The notes beneath the pieces were generated by a model, which worked only from the letters and a program-made list of their open reading frames with translations, searched no databases and had not been told where the DNA came from. Below, one piece after another: positions 1-19,242 of a stretch of DNA of 51,836 bases. The position numbers and the translations under genes were made by a program. Origin of the DNA: Chromera velia (lineage: Eukaryota); the NCBI GenBank assembly GCA_018398765.1, contig JAHBMJ010000273.1, forward strand, positions 1 through 51,836. The letters are read 5' to 3'. The number at the start of each line of letters is the position of its first letter. Within the stretch, counting starts at the first letter, position 1.

Positions 1-5656
<5,656 letters not shown>

Positions 5657-6587
5657 GGAGTTACCGACCTACAGCTCTAAGGTATCTAATTGTATCCGTG
5701 CCTGTTGTTCTTTTTCTATGGGACGCTGGACGACGTACCGATTTTTCTGATTGGTCATTTCTTTGACGTATCTGATGAAAACATGTGGGACCATAATATA
5801 CAAGGTATAGGAGGCTTTGTCGAGAGTCAGCTGAGTGCAGAAACAAATGAAAGGTCAGTAGAAGTGGAATCGCGCGTTGGCCGACTGACCTTCGCGCATG
5901 CATGCTGTTTGTCACAAATTTGTGTACGCGCAAGCGAACTCACGCGCACAAAGCTCGAGCCTGAATTTCAGCTAATTTAACTGAACCAAATGCACACAGA
6001 TAAGACGGCCGGGCGGGGAGGCAGTTCGGTTGCATATGCTGTGCAGGTTGTGCCTTTTCTGAGCTCTGCCCCGTTTAGCGTGTGTGCTTAAGACTAAAGC
6101 GAAGGGGCCGTCTACTCTTGAACTAGGTTTTGCCTGGGGTTTAGTTATAAGCCTTCAAACACCTTATAGGGCTCAGGTTGAGCAATGAATTTCTGTATGA
6201 CATGCCGGCTTGGCAAGAACCTAAGTGATAGCTCACCAATACTCACCGGCTTTAACCTAAATCTGTTGAGCTATGTAAACGTTTTCTCTATTATGACCTA
6301 TATCTTTATAAAAATGATGATTTTTATGCTTTGACTAGTGCTTTGAATATTAATCCTCAGAAAAGAAAATCAAAAAAAGAAGGGGAAAAAAATAGATTGT
6401 CTAGTCTAAAATGTTATTTCAATTACAAAAAAATAAAAAAGTTGTACACCATACTATATACATGGTTATGGTACAGCAAATAATATAGGAAATTAACAAT
6501 TGTGTTTAGAATTGTGCATTGCAAACTAAAATCTTAAAGTCAATACCCATGATGTAACGCATTAAATTACACAATTCAAAGTTCCGT

Positions 6588-7864
6588 TCATTCTTCTTGC
6601 CCTTCTGCCGTGTTCAAAAAAACTTCTGCTTTTTCTTCTTTGTCTTCCCTTGGCTGTCCTCCTTCCTCCCCTTCATCATCCGAAAACCACCGCGGGTTCA
6701 GACGAGGACGCACCGATTGGGGATGCGTGAGGTGTGCCGGTGTGTGTTTGGCAACTTTCACCCTGTTCTTCTCCCTCTTCTCCGCAAGGTACTGAATCTT
6801 GCCGCTCTGAAAAAGAAGCAGGGCAGTACCAAGACAATACATGAAAAAGAAATCGTGAAGAGATGGTGAAGAAGAAACTTCCATCACTGGGAGCATATTT
6901 CAATGGTTTCTCGTTTGCCGGGAACATCATGAGAAGGGGAATCACGCATATTTAAAACAAAATTGCTTGAAGACCTGGGAAAGGAGGAAGAGCGTGTTCT
7001 TTTTTGTTTCCACCAAACTGTCCACAGAAACATGCAAGGGAGAGAGAGAGCGAGCGAGTAGATGGAAAGGAAACCCAATGAAGTCCCGTGACTGATGGGC
7101 CCCCTCCTTCTCTCACGAGCCAAATCAATCGAAATGAGGACGCTTTGAGAATGAAGGCAAACATGAGGAAAGACAACAAACTCACCTGCGCCAAGTGTCC
7201 GCCCTGCATGACGAGGAGCGACTCTGTAATGGCAGTCGCCGCGACCCTGCAGGCCTCGGCTTCTCGACGGTCAGCAGACCTCTCCTCAAGTGCCTGCATG
7301 TATGCATGCAGGTGGGGAGAGGGAAGAAGAACGGCAGGGCGGGAGGAAGGGGGATGGAAGGAAGCAAACAAAGGCATGCTGCGCGTCGACAATTCATTCT
7401 GAGGAGCAGACCATTTATTTGGGTTTGTTCTGCCACTCCCAGACAGAGTTCTTGCGGCAGAGTTGTGAATCACACAGAGTGCGAAACGGGAACAAAAGAA
7501 CAGAAACACACAAAGAAAAGTGGCAAGCATAAATAAAGGCAGGCCAACCTTCAGGAACAAGGCAAAGGCCTCAGCAGTCGAGACACGCCCTGCAGCCGCT
7601 TGTCCCCTCAGAACAAAGTTGGAGATCACCTGCATGGACTCATTACGTAAAGAGTTTTGATAGAGTCAGGGCAGACAGCCAGAGAGACATATCAAACGAC
7701 ACAGAGATGCGTTCACCAAGCCACCGGACTGACTGATTGATTGATTGATTGAGGGACGCACAAAACGAAACTTGCAAGAACTCGAAGAACCAACGCGTGA
7801 ACACTTGATTAAATCGGACAAATAAAGGTCAATGAAAACGAATGGACAAAAGCAGGACACACAC

Positions 7865-7929
<65 letters not shown>

Positions 7930-9119
7930 AAGAGAGAGACAAAGAGAGAGAGACAACGAGAGAGACCCGTCTTTGAAAGAAAAACAGACGACAAACACAA
8001 ACCCACACACACCAAGGGACCCACATCTGCAGGAAGGGCAACCCGAGGTACCCACTGAGGAATGTATTTGTTCAGTCTTTTCGCCTGCATGCATAGATAG
8101 ATAGATGTATTCATGTTGACCTCTTGAGGATGTACTCAGAACGGCGCGCTACTTTGGCTGTATGTCTGTTTCTGTTCTTTTTGACTCTTCAAGCTCTGTT
8201 CCCGAAAGCACCTGTTTACAGCCTCCACCTGCTTGCCTGCCGACCTCCCTGTCTTCATTTTGGACGTCTTTCTGCCAATGAAAGAAACGATCACACAATC
8301 CCGCAACCTGCCTACTTGCCATCTTACCGACCTGTCTCCATGTGCCGTCTATGAGAATGATCTCGAGACCCTCAGACTCCCATCCAACCCCTTCTTCGCT
8401 TATGGTTGCGGCAACGGGCTTGGACGTCCCTCTGCTCTCCTCCTGAAAACCTTTCGGCCTCATGCGAGAGGAAGAGGAAGCATTTTGTGTCCCTGTGTTG
8501 GACGCTGCTTCGGATCTCTCGGCAATCTTGGCATGAGAACTGTCGGGGTTCTCCTTTGCTGCTTCTCCTTTGCCGCCTTCTGGTTGGGAATTTCTTGGAA
8601 CGTCTCCCAACTTCTCTCTCTCTTCGTTTTGCTCCCCTTTGTCTTCTTCTCCCGATGTCTCCGCTGAGAGATTCCCCCCTTCTTCTCTGATTGCAATGCC
8701 CCCCGCCTCTTCAGCCATCTTCAGGAAGGCCTCAACAGAGACCGCGTCAATCCTGCTCGATGATTTGAGCATTGAAGCAATATAACAAGTGGTCTCAATT
8801 CATTCCTCTGCCCTACTCAATTCTACCTTTCAGAGTTGTCTGTCCTTCAGAGGGACATAGATAGCGTCCACCCTGCTCATTCATAATCCCTGCAGGGGAC
8901 ATTTCTTTCCATTTGTGCTCACACTCACTCCCGTATGCGCATTCTGAGGCTTCCTCACCCACCTCCTTCAGTATAGAAGAAAAACGTCCGAGCACAAACC
9001 CCAGCGAAAAACAAAAGAGAAGAAAACGGGGGAACGGGGGGAAGAGACAGACACAAAGACACTTACTTACATGCACATACACACACACATACATACACAC
9101 ATACATACACACGTACACG

Positions 9120-9184
<65 letters not shown>

Positions 9185-10747
9185 GAGCGGAGCTGTCCCT
9201 CCACAAAAAAGAACCACAAAATTCTGAAGCAAAAGCCATCCCTGACTGGCTACCTGACTGACTGACTGACGCCGGGAAGAGCACCACAGCCCGCCCCTTT
9301 CCCTCTTTTTTGAGGTATTGGAGTCTGTCTAGTAGCGGCTTCTCGCTCTCGTCCTCCTCTCTGACCACCATCCCGGCCTTTTCTTCGCCCAGTGTCAACA
9401 GGAGGAGCTTTCCTGTATGCATGAGGAGGAAAACGTGAAGGGAGACCCTACACACAGACTGCGCTACTGTGTTTCCTTTCCGATCAATTCTCCTTGCCTC
9501 CTTCCTTTCCTGCTTTCTCCTTCCTGAATGGGTGAATGGCAGTTTCTTCACCAGCTCGCACATAGAGGGAAAGACCAACAAACAGACTCAGTTAGACAGG
9601 CAGACGGACAGGCAGACAAGATTGTGGAGAAAAGCAAGCAGAGAAACAGACCTGTATTTGACGCACGCCACCGTTCTGCACAGAGGCATGATTCACTCAT
9701 AAATTAAAGTATTTGCGCGGCACAAACAAACGGTGCAGCACACAAAACTCAACAGAAGGGGGAAAACAGAAAGGCCCAGAGGAAAAACATGAATGACTCT
9801 TCTCCGGAAGGAACAACATGCCGAGCTTGAAAGGATCGATGGGGCCTTCTAAATTAGTCCCGCCCTCTCACGCAGTCCGTTGAGTGTCTTTCCAGAGAAA
9901 CACCAAGCAACCACGTTGCAATTGTCGGTCTCTTTTCCACTTGCATTCATTAAAGAAACGACAAAACAAACAAAGGCCCTACATTTCCCCCCCTCTTACT
10001 CCCCCTAGGCCTAGCGGACCTCCTGCATGCATGAGGATGTTGACTCGATGTGGAAATTCCTTCAACGCCCCGAATCTCTCTGCCGAGAGGACCTCATGGA
10101 CCTTGGAGCACACACAGAATTGAAACGTCAACAGACAATTCACACACCTGCAACGCACACACAAAGACACACAGAGGGGGGGGGGATATCAAGAGAGCGT
10201 ACAGACACCGAGTGTCAAGGAGGATGCAATCATCAGATGCTCTCAACAGACGAAGTACAGCGGACGAAGGACGAGAGATTACGAAAAGAAAGAAAGAACA
10301 AACCCAACTCACCCATCTCCATCACCATGCCACAAGAAAGTCAATCCATCAGCCAACTCAATTTCCTCCACAAATCACAATCACTCACCGGTTTCCGCCC
10401 TCGTTGTATAACAAGGCATATCTCTCCTTTCTCAATTCGTACAGCGCCTTCTCTCTCTGTGTGGGGTCTTCAATTGACTTCACAAACTTCATGTTGGCCT
10501 TCGCACCCCATACCCCCCTCAACAGCCTCTTGCCCTTCAGCTTCTGCATCTTCCTGTTGATCTGCTTCTGCTTGTCGGTCATCTCCACTTCTGCACCCCT
10601 CATGATCAGATCATCAATCTCACGCTGTGCCTCCGGGGAGGGTTCAGACGAGAGCGAGGAGGACGGAGTGCCGTCTCCGTCTCCTCCCTTCCCGTCTCCT
10701 TTCTCAATAGCCTCCATCTGAGCGCCTGCTTCTAGTGCATCACTCAT
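6588..10747 (-). CDS. DTWD2: DTW-domain protein (tRNA-uridine aminocarboxypropyltransferase, TapT/DTWD2-like), about 9 exons
   Basis: ATG at 10747. Spliced motifs: RCVNCLLTFQFCVC (~10148), NILMHAGE/RWRASNT/GKLL (10020, ~9680-9652, 9412), RAVVLFPA/IDAVSVE (9271/8752), IILIDGTWRQ/AKRL (DxTW motif, ~8350), VLRGQAAAGRVSTAEA (~7600), stop at 6588. The junction phases I checked are consistent. Confidence 0.9.
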
Positions 10748-11684
10748 TGTACCGGAAGGGAGAGAGTAGACGGGCCCACGGGGAACGTCACGGTATCGGG
10801 CACTTGACAAAAAAAGCGAGTTGAAGGCCAAAGAGGATGGTAAGAGGAAGCAGACACAGAGGCAATGAAAAATTATCCGCTGCTTCGTGCGGGAAAGGAA
10901 GTTTGCAAGACGCATAAGACACAGCAGGCTCCTGTGGCCTTTTCTATCCTTCGCTGCCACCCCTTTCCCTTTGTCTGTCTGTCTGTCAGATGACGATGTG
11001 CCGTGTCTTGCAACGGACGAGTCGTTCTAACACACTCTGTACGAAGGTTCTTGTATTGATTGTCTGAAGATTCACCAGGGGTCCATGCTGTGCTTATATT
11101 TGCTCTTCTGCTGAATCTGCTTGTGTTCTGTGACAGCCTCGGCTGAGGAATGCTGAGGAGCCTGTGGGTGAACCACGGTGGACCTGTCTGACTGCTGTAA
11201 CAGTACGTGTACGTGCTGTTGCATGCGGGGAGAGCGCGTGACAATGCACCATGCATGCATGCATGATCCTCTCGCGCGCGGATCGACCGCGTTGCAAGAT
11301 GTTGCAAGGTGTTGCCATGTGTTGCCCGATTTAATTCAATTGCGTATCAACATCGTACAAACCGATATATACGAATCATGCATACGATCGATTCAAATGA
11401 AAGCTAGAAAGACGATTTCGTTCGATCCGTTGAGAGTCAGCTGGGGCTGAGCTGGCCCTGTGTTCAATGTCGTCAGGTCATCACGCACTGATTAAGACAA
11501 GAGGTATATATATATATATATATATTAATATATTGAAACGCTCTCGATCTTGTACACGTTTCCGCAGCAACTGAAGAAAGCTTTTTGGTTTGTTTCAGTC
11601 TGGCTCCACATCAACTCCGAAACGCAACTCAACGAACTTCTTACTTGAGTGCATACATGCTCCTATAAAGGAACAGGAACCTCG

Positions 11685-13504
11685 ATGCAGTTTCGCTTCT
11701 TTGTAGGCGACCCTTTGAACACCGAAGTCCGAAGGGGGCAACCAGAGGACTTCCTTTTTTCCCGTCCTCTGCGTCTGGTCGTTTTGACCTCAATAAGGGA
11801 TGTAGGAGCATCAGACCGCTGTGGCAGCTTCATAGACGTTCGGTGCCCCCATGAAGGTGAGTGGGGTTCTAGCATTCAGTTGCAATGTAGAAAAAGGTAT
11901 CTGAAGGGTGCCTTGGAGACCCTAGTAGAGGAGACCACAAAGCCTGAAGGGAGGCTTTTCGGTCGATTTCACCTCGTGGGCATAGTGGTGGATGACGTTC
12001 CGCAAAGGGACGGCGTCGAGGCGGCTGGATACACAATCGTTCCTCAGCCTTGCTCCTCGAATGAAAATCAGAAAAGGCGTTGGATTTTGGACGGAAGTCT
12101 GAAGGTTGCACCAGAAGAAAAATGTGTGCGAGACCTCGTATGGCATGTGCCGAGTGAGTGGCGAAAACTCCCTCTTGAAGACGAAGAGAGGAAGATCGGG
12201 AAGTGGAGATGGGAGGGCAAAGTGGAGGCCATCTGCCTCGGTCTGAATGCAGACATCGTCCTGTCTGACCATCTGATGGTGGTCTTGGAAAGGCTTGTCG
12301 AAAGCGAGGCACTCAGGGGGAAACTCCTGAACATCCACCCAGGAATCACCCTAGAAAAAGGTCGGTAGAGTGATCACTCATAAGGATATGATCATCTGTC
12401 TGCTTTCCGGTCTGACTTGCTCTCTACATTTCTGCCTGTCATTCTGTATGTCAAAGACCAAATGACGGGGGTTGTTCCTTCTGATCGATCTGGATGATTT
12501 TCTGTGGCATCCTGTTTTCTCTTCGCTCTCCCATTCTCAGTGAAAACAGCAGGATGTAGCATGTGACTTGGTGTGACTTGGTGATCACGTGACATCGTGT
12601 GTGGAGGTGAAGACAGAAAAAGAAAAAGAAACGTATAGTCTATCTGACTGGCGGGAACGTGTGTTTGCGTTTGTGTGTGTGAGCGTGTACTTGTACCTGC
12701 GTGTGTGTGAGTGCAGACGAAAGCTGTATGAGAGGGAAGCGTCCAACCGCGGATGCCCTGGAAAAGGGGAAGCGCCGCTTTGAAGTTCTTTCTCTTGGAA
12801 TGCCCCTGAACAGTCTTAGGAGTCTAGACACAGATAAGGCAAGTGCACAAAAGACATCGTTAGAGAAGGACAATCCGGCACACTGTTCACGTGCGCGGCT
12901 GGGCTCTTTTTTTGGCACGCCTTCCAGATTGGCGCAGCAGAGCGACGTAAGCCCTGACTTGTTTCACGAAGAGGAAACAAGTGAGGGTGCCAATGGGAAT
13001 GCGGACGGAAACCCGTTCCCGTTGGCTGCTTCATCAAGCACGACTCTGACAGAAGGAATCGACGGGGTTTTTCCGTCGAATTTATGCAGGGGGGTATCTG
13101 GGAGGACAGGTGACTGGTGGGGGGAAGTGGGGGTGAAGGACAGTGAAAAATCTATCAGTGAATGCGGTGACGATCAGGGGGGAAGTTGCTGTCCCGACTG
13201 TTGGTATCCACATCTATTTGCGTCTCTTGGCCAGAGAAACCCGATTCAAAAGAATCCGTCTAGGGATGCGAATGAGTCTGTCGCTCCTTTTTCGTCCCTT
13301 TCTCAACGATTTTTCATGCACGGAGCTTCTCTTCACAGAATTGAAAGGGAAGTAGACGGAGGGCCCGTTGTGTGTGACGGAAAGGGAACCCCCGTTTTGC
13401 CTTGGTTTGATGAAACTACATTACGATGGGTGCACTATCAGAACTCAAAGTGCCCAGTCCTCCTTGCAGGATTGCAACACTTTGCGGCTTTGTATACTAT
13501 ATAG
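11685..13504 (+). CDS. pvdF: PvdF-like N10-formyl-THF-dependent formyltransferase (hydroxyornithine transformylase family), 2 exons (11685-12360, 12717-13504)
   Basis: Catalytic NIHPG (LLNIHPGIT), RG..PTADAL, HGASLHRIEREVDGGPVV and LRW..YQNS.CPVLLAGL. The N-terminal blocks SIRDVGASDRCG, RYLKGALETLVE, LVGIVVDD and VPSEWRKLP parallel P. aeruginosa PvdF as I recall it (SLRNAAADKAG, RYMKSVLESLVE, LVGVIYDD, VPSTYRRYP). The phase-1 intron G|GTCGGT...TGCAG|AC restores the frame. Confidence 0.85.
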
Positions 13505-14343
13505 ATTTCATCTTTGTAGAGAGCATTGATTTTTACCGTTGATTCCTTTTTGGTGGAAAACTCCAGGAAAAGGGTACTAACCTTGGATGCTTCCTGGTAC
13601 ATGAACCACTGCTTGAGAAAATAATATCCATTTCATTAAGATTTATTCAGGTTCGGCACAAAAAGCGGTACAAAAAAATATTTTTGTCAGTGAAACTTTG
13701 CTTTTCGGGAGCCTTTCCGTAGTTTTAAATTGTAGTTTCTCTGTTTTCCTCTCCTGTTGTCTACCTAGTTGTTCACAGTATTCCTTGTCAAAATCTCATG
13801 AATCAAATCATTTAAAGCCTTATAGATATCAAATCGTCGTCAAATCCTAGGCTATGGGCTAAAGTACGGATAACTAGTAAAACCATGAAATTCAAGCCAT
13901 TTACAAAGTATGTCATGCAAACAGCTAGGCAGGTAGTCATAAAATATGTTTAAGGTTAAATTTGTAGTACAATAAAATACAGACATCAAATATACATAAT
14001 TTATGATTTTAAAAATTTATTTTAGTACTAGCTTCAGTAGTTTCAGCTCTTAGTTCAGCTCTTAAGCTAGGCTCTTAACAAAACTCCCATTTCTATAAAG
14101 GCTGTAAGCCTGTAACGAAACAACATACATAACAATGTTGTTATTAACTTGTTAAATCAAAACAATATAATGATATGAACTAGCATATGAAACAAAATAC
14201 TAATACTACTACGTGACTATAATAAAGTGACCATGTGATAGAATTACATGGCGTGCATGTTTGCGTTGTTTGACGCATTTACAGTCACCCGGTTCAATTT
14301 CAATTCAATTAAAGTTCTCCGGCTACATAAAGACCTGTGTACT

Positions 14344-16877
14344 TTATTCGCCTTCTTCGTCGGACTCATCCACATCGACAATCTCCTTCAACGTCGCGCT
14401 ATGCCACTGGCGTGTCTGATTCTGTGCACTGTCTCGTGCCGGATGACCTCTGGCGGCGGCTTTTGCTTCAGCCAAGACCTGAGACTGTCTGTGACAGTCT
14501 GCATCAGTAAACCCTGGCAGGTCACTTTTTCTTTCTTTTTTCTTTCGGATTTCACCTTGGATGCTCCTGGTGTGGCAGTGTTCTCTCTCTTCTTCAGATC
14601 CGAGTCGTTTTTCGCGCTCGTCTTCCTCTCCTGTGCCCGATAGTGTCGGCACCCTGGTTTTCCCTTTCCAGTGTGAATTCAAACGAAGCAAAACGTTTCT
14701 CCGACTCGGTCTTGCTCGTCCCTCCAACAGACCACCCAGTGAGGTTGAATGGTGCCCCGACTCAAAACCCGAATTTTCTCCACTTGCTCCTTCTTCATCT
14801 TCTCCCACTCTTGCTCCCAGACCGTCATTCAAAGGAGGCTCCCCTCTTCCTTTCGATCCCTTCGTGTCAATAGGCATCGAAGAAGAGATGGAGATCCTCG
14901 CATCAGTTTCCTTCTTCCCTTCCTGTTGCTCCGTACAGCCTCTTTGTTCCTTCTCCCTCTCCCTCTTTCTCCCTCTCTTTTCTTCTCTCTCCCTCATCCG
15001 TTCCCACCACCGAAGGTCTTCGGGGCCCTCCATCCGCAGCAGGTCCCGCACCTCAGAGTCAGTCTGACAACGGGAAGGAAGACCGGGACTGTGGGGGGGA
15101 AAATGACTGGGGCCTTGTCCGCAGCCGGAACGAGAAGAGGAAGACAGCGACGATTTGTCAAGCCGATCCGGATCAAAGCTGCGATTGTTCCCGCTCACAG
15201 GGCGAGAGTGGCCCTCTGTCCATATATCCTGGGGATCTGCTCAGAAGCACACAATGGAAGGACCTAAGCTTATCATCTGAAAGGGATGCAGACGAACGTG
15301 TGAATGATGCATTCACCCCATCCCTAAATGCAAAGGGGACAGGAAAACACACTTGCATCGATTGCAGAGTAGAAAGAGAGGACAAATTTTCTTGAATCAG
15401 CCACAAAACAGTCAGCTCTCGTAGGAAAGAAAATACTGAGTAACGATTAAGCAAGCCCATACGAAAGGAGGAGACACGACGAATGTAACCCAGAGAAAAT
15501 GAATGAAGGAATTGGCATCATAGGCCGCGCTCTTCCCAACTGACCTCTCCCCTCCCCTTCCAAATCCCCTACAGGAGCAGCCGCATCGTCAAACCATGAG
15601 GAGGAAGGCGCCCCCATTCTGTCAACCGCACCCCAGTCACGGTCTCTCTCGGTCTCTGTCAAGACGCTCAACTGCAAGGTCTTCTTTTCGATCCCCATGT
15701 CACTCTGTGACTCTCTGAACCTTTCAAACACCGCCCCTTCCGCTTCTCCCGCTGTTTCAAACATGTACTCAGCGGTCTCCCCTGCCCCTTCCTTGTCCTT
15801 CTCATTCAATTCCCCCGTCTCCCTCCCTTCGCCCGTCTCATCCGAGAAAACCCCCGCATTCTTTCCCCGTCCAATTGTCCCCATGCTTCCTTTTTCTCCG
15901 TCCCCCTTTTCCCTGTCCCCAACCTCTCTACCCCTTCTTCTCAACCTAAATGCCCTACTTGACGCGGGAACAGAAGACGGCCTCCTTCCACGACGTGAAC
16001 GGTTTCCCTCCATTGCATCATCAATGTCTCTATTCCCTTTCTCTCTGTCTTCCTCATCCTCCTCTTCATCCTCAATGTCTGTCTCCACCTCCCCTTCATT
16101 TCGGAGACCCGACCTTCTTGCCACAACTTCAAGTGCTCTCCTGTAGCCTGGACGCGTCTCTTGCACATGGGCAGAGAGTACTGCACGCACAGCGGAGGCT
16201 GAACCGAGCGGTCCCTCCTCTCCTTCCTCTGCCTCTTCCCCTTCTCCAAGGTTACCCTCTCTCCTCGTCTTGACCTTTTCCTTTTCTTTCTGATGCAGCC
16301 CTTTCTGATACAATTTTTCCAGGCGCCTGCAGGGTGGTGAAATGGAAGAGAGACGCCAGGCTGGTCATTGATAAGCATAAAAAGTAGTACAACTTCTGCA
16401 GTGCAAAACCAAAAAATAAATCGCCTGCATTGAGCTACAGTTTGAAGGAAGGGTATTGGAGAGGCGAGAAGGACTCTAAAGGAGGATGGCATTGCGGGCT
16501 GGCTGGACAGAGACCCCTTATGGAAAGTCTGTCAGCCAACTATTGATAGATAGATTAAGCAGGCATCCATCGATCCCGATCTGTCTAGATCCCCCCCCTG
16601 GAACTAACTGAGCGTTCTGTTCGAACAACTGACTGACACACCGAGCTTCCTTCAGACGAAGTCCGAAAGGATCGCCTACACGGCCTGCATGAATGCATCG
16701 TTGCATAAGGGCATACAATTCGGAGATTTGCGCACGCAGCGGGGGGCATTCTTTCACCCGTCTAAGACTGGTTTTCTTTGTCACCGCTCCGCGCATGATT
16801 TCTTCTTTCCATCCACGATGCGGAGGGACTAAAAGAAGCAGACACACCCATACGACGTCATACGGAGAGAGAGAAGA

Positions 16878-16915
<38 letters not shown>

Positions 16916-18341
16916 AGAGAGGGGGGGACAGCTGGTTTGGCTGACCCCTTCCTGGCACAATGTTTTCTGCTTTTTCCTCTGCGTTCTCCGACACCAGAAA
17001 CCTTCGCCACGGTGTGATATCACTGTCAAAGTCTTCGCCCCCCCCTTCCTCCTCCCCCTCTTCACTAGATTCTCCTCGTCCCCCCTCTATGAGGCTTCCC
17101 CGACTCGCCTCCCTCTGTGCTCTTCTCACAAGTTCCTTCGATTCCTCAAGGGCGGAAACAGAAAACGGTTCCTGCAAAAAATTGAAGAAAGAAAATGATT
17201 CGAGCTCCTCCACGGCAGCTACGGCAGAACTTTCAACAGGATGCAGGTCCTGCAAAAAAGGCAAACGAAAACTGAAGAGAGGCACAGCGAGACGGCCTGC
17301 TTTGATCACGCGCCGAAAAAAGAAAGAAATAGAATAAAAGAAAAGGAAAGGGAAACCAAAAAGAACAACAGAAGGCAGGAGAAGGGATCCCGAAAGAGAG
17401 AGAGAGACAGGAGGAACGAAATTGCAAAAAGGAGGGCAACAAATCCCAAAGCAGACCTTTTTCCCCCCTCTTGTCCTCCGCTCCTCCCTTCTCCTCTCCG
17501 AGTCCTCCTCGTCTGCCTCAACTGCCGACGGATGAGTGTAGAATCCAGGCAGAGGCAAAGGCAAAGCCTGAGGGTCCCCTCCCTCCAATGGAGAAGCGGG
17601 AGACAAAGCAGAGGAAGAAGCAGAAGAAGATTGATGATTTACAGACGCCTCTCCGTCTCCCTCAGAATCTTCATGATCCAAAAAAAGCCGAATTCCCTCA
17701 GGAAGGGATCCAAGGGGAGGCTGCAAAAAGAATGGAGAAAGGGGCTGTGAGAAACTTAAGCAGAGATCACGCTCGCTCATCTTCCCATCTTCCCATTTTT
17801 CTTTTTCAAAACTTCTTCTATGACGCATTGCTAGCTGGAAATCCTCCCGACACCTCTGATAGTTCCTGTGTGTGCATGTTCATTCAAGTTGAGAAGAAAA
17901 CAAACTGCCTTCCAGAAACGAAGGGGAAAAACCGAACGATCCGAGACCCGTCTGATCAATCCAATCATCTGTCCCGGACGAAGGTAGACAGCGGGTTTGG
18001 GGCACAACAAGCACACGGCGGGAGACTCAAAAGAGAGTTTTGGGAGAGGGACAAGGCTCTGCTGACCAATTTCTGAGCGTCTGCATCGCTGATCAACTCC
18101 AATGGATCTGCACGCCTCAAAGAGAAGAGTTTGTACACGAGGATGCAAGGACAGGGTGGGCTATGAAGGAAGGAATCTAGGTCTGTGATACGTGTATGCG
18201 TGAGCGAATCACTGCATGAGTGTGCAAGTGGGAGGACGAAAGGCGGTTGAAAAAAAAAAAACCAGAAAGAGAGGCGTGCGGACAACGTCTATTTTGACTT
18301 CGCAACAGATTCATTTGACCTTTTTGGACCTCCTCGTGCAT
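14344..18341 (-). CDS. Hypothetical multi-exon protein, mostly acidic/charged low-complexity sequence
   Basis: Long purine-rich in-frame segments on the minus strand at 14344-~15235, ~15540-16327, ~16590-16825, ~16945-17247, ~17455-17720 and ~18068-18107, flanked by GT/AG sites and microsatellite introns. No recognisable domain. The start (ATG 18341) is tentative. Confidence 0.6.
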
Positions 18342-18516
18342 TGTCTCCAATTTACCTCATTTTCTCAGACCTCTAATTGTGGTGCTTGAGGAGGTTCAAA
18401 ACGATTACAATTTCTCTATCATGTCAAAAGAAAGAAAACATGAAGGAGTCTTTTTTTTGTGGACCCTGTCTGATGTGACGGTACCTTTTTGGTGTTCTGC
18501 AACTAAGTGCACAATG

Positions 18517-19189
18517 TCAGAGATTTGGGGTTCCCTTCTTGTGCCATCCTCTCCTGCTTGTCCTTTCAGTTGATCTCCCAGGACGTCCTTCCTGAATGAA
18601 CACTCGAGGGGGGCGGGGGGAGTCAAGGTGGGAACGATGAAAGAATCAGTTTTGAACGGCGAGCAGGCAGGGTGCACGCAAGACAGGAAAAGGGGGAAGA
18701 AGAGCTGGAAATATAGAAACACAGATGGGCATATAGATAGATATATAGATACATCGATAGATAGACAGATAGATAGACAGATAGAAACACGGGCGGAGAG
18801 GAGCACACACTCGAAGACTAGAAAGGCATTCGGGTGGGCAAGAGGTGCTGGCCGAAAGAGGAGGTGGACAAAGGGCAAAGTAGTCCGATGCAGGTAAATA
18901 CCCAGCTAGTGGTACTTTGTCTGGGGCTACTGACCAGAAAAGCACGCACAACATTTTCCTCTGTTCCTTCGAAACGCACTGCTCCCACTCTTGGTACGTC
19001 ACTCTCCTGACGGTGAAGCCGAGGCCTTCAAGAATCTGCACGCGGCCGGGGAGATGTGTAGAGAGGGACTTACTTCACAAACTGACATGATATGCCAAGC
19101 CCTCTCCTTCTTTTTCGGCTGAGAGTCGACGGACCCACCCAACTGACGTGAATCCCCAGCTAGAGGCGCAATGCAATGATGCATCAAGC

Positions 19190-19242
<53 letters not shown>

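Noticed and set aside
11685..13504. Calling the formyltransferase PurN (GAR transformylase) or Met-tRNA FMT
   Set aside because: It lacks the PurN N-terminal SGxGSN and HPSLLP motifs; HPGIT and the extra blocks fit PvdF better.
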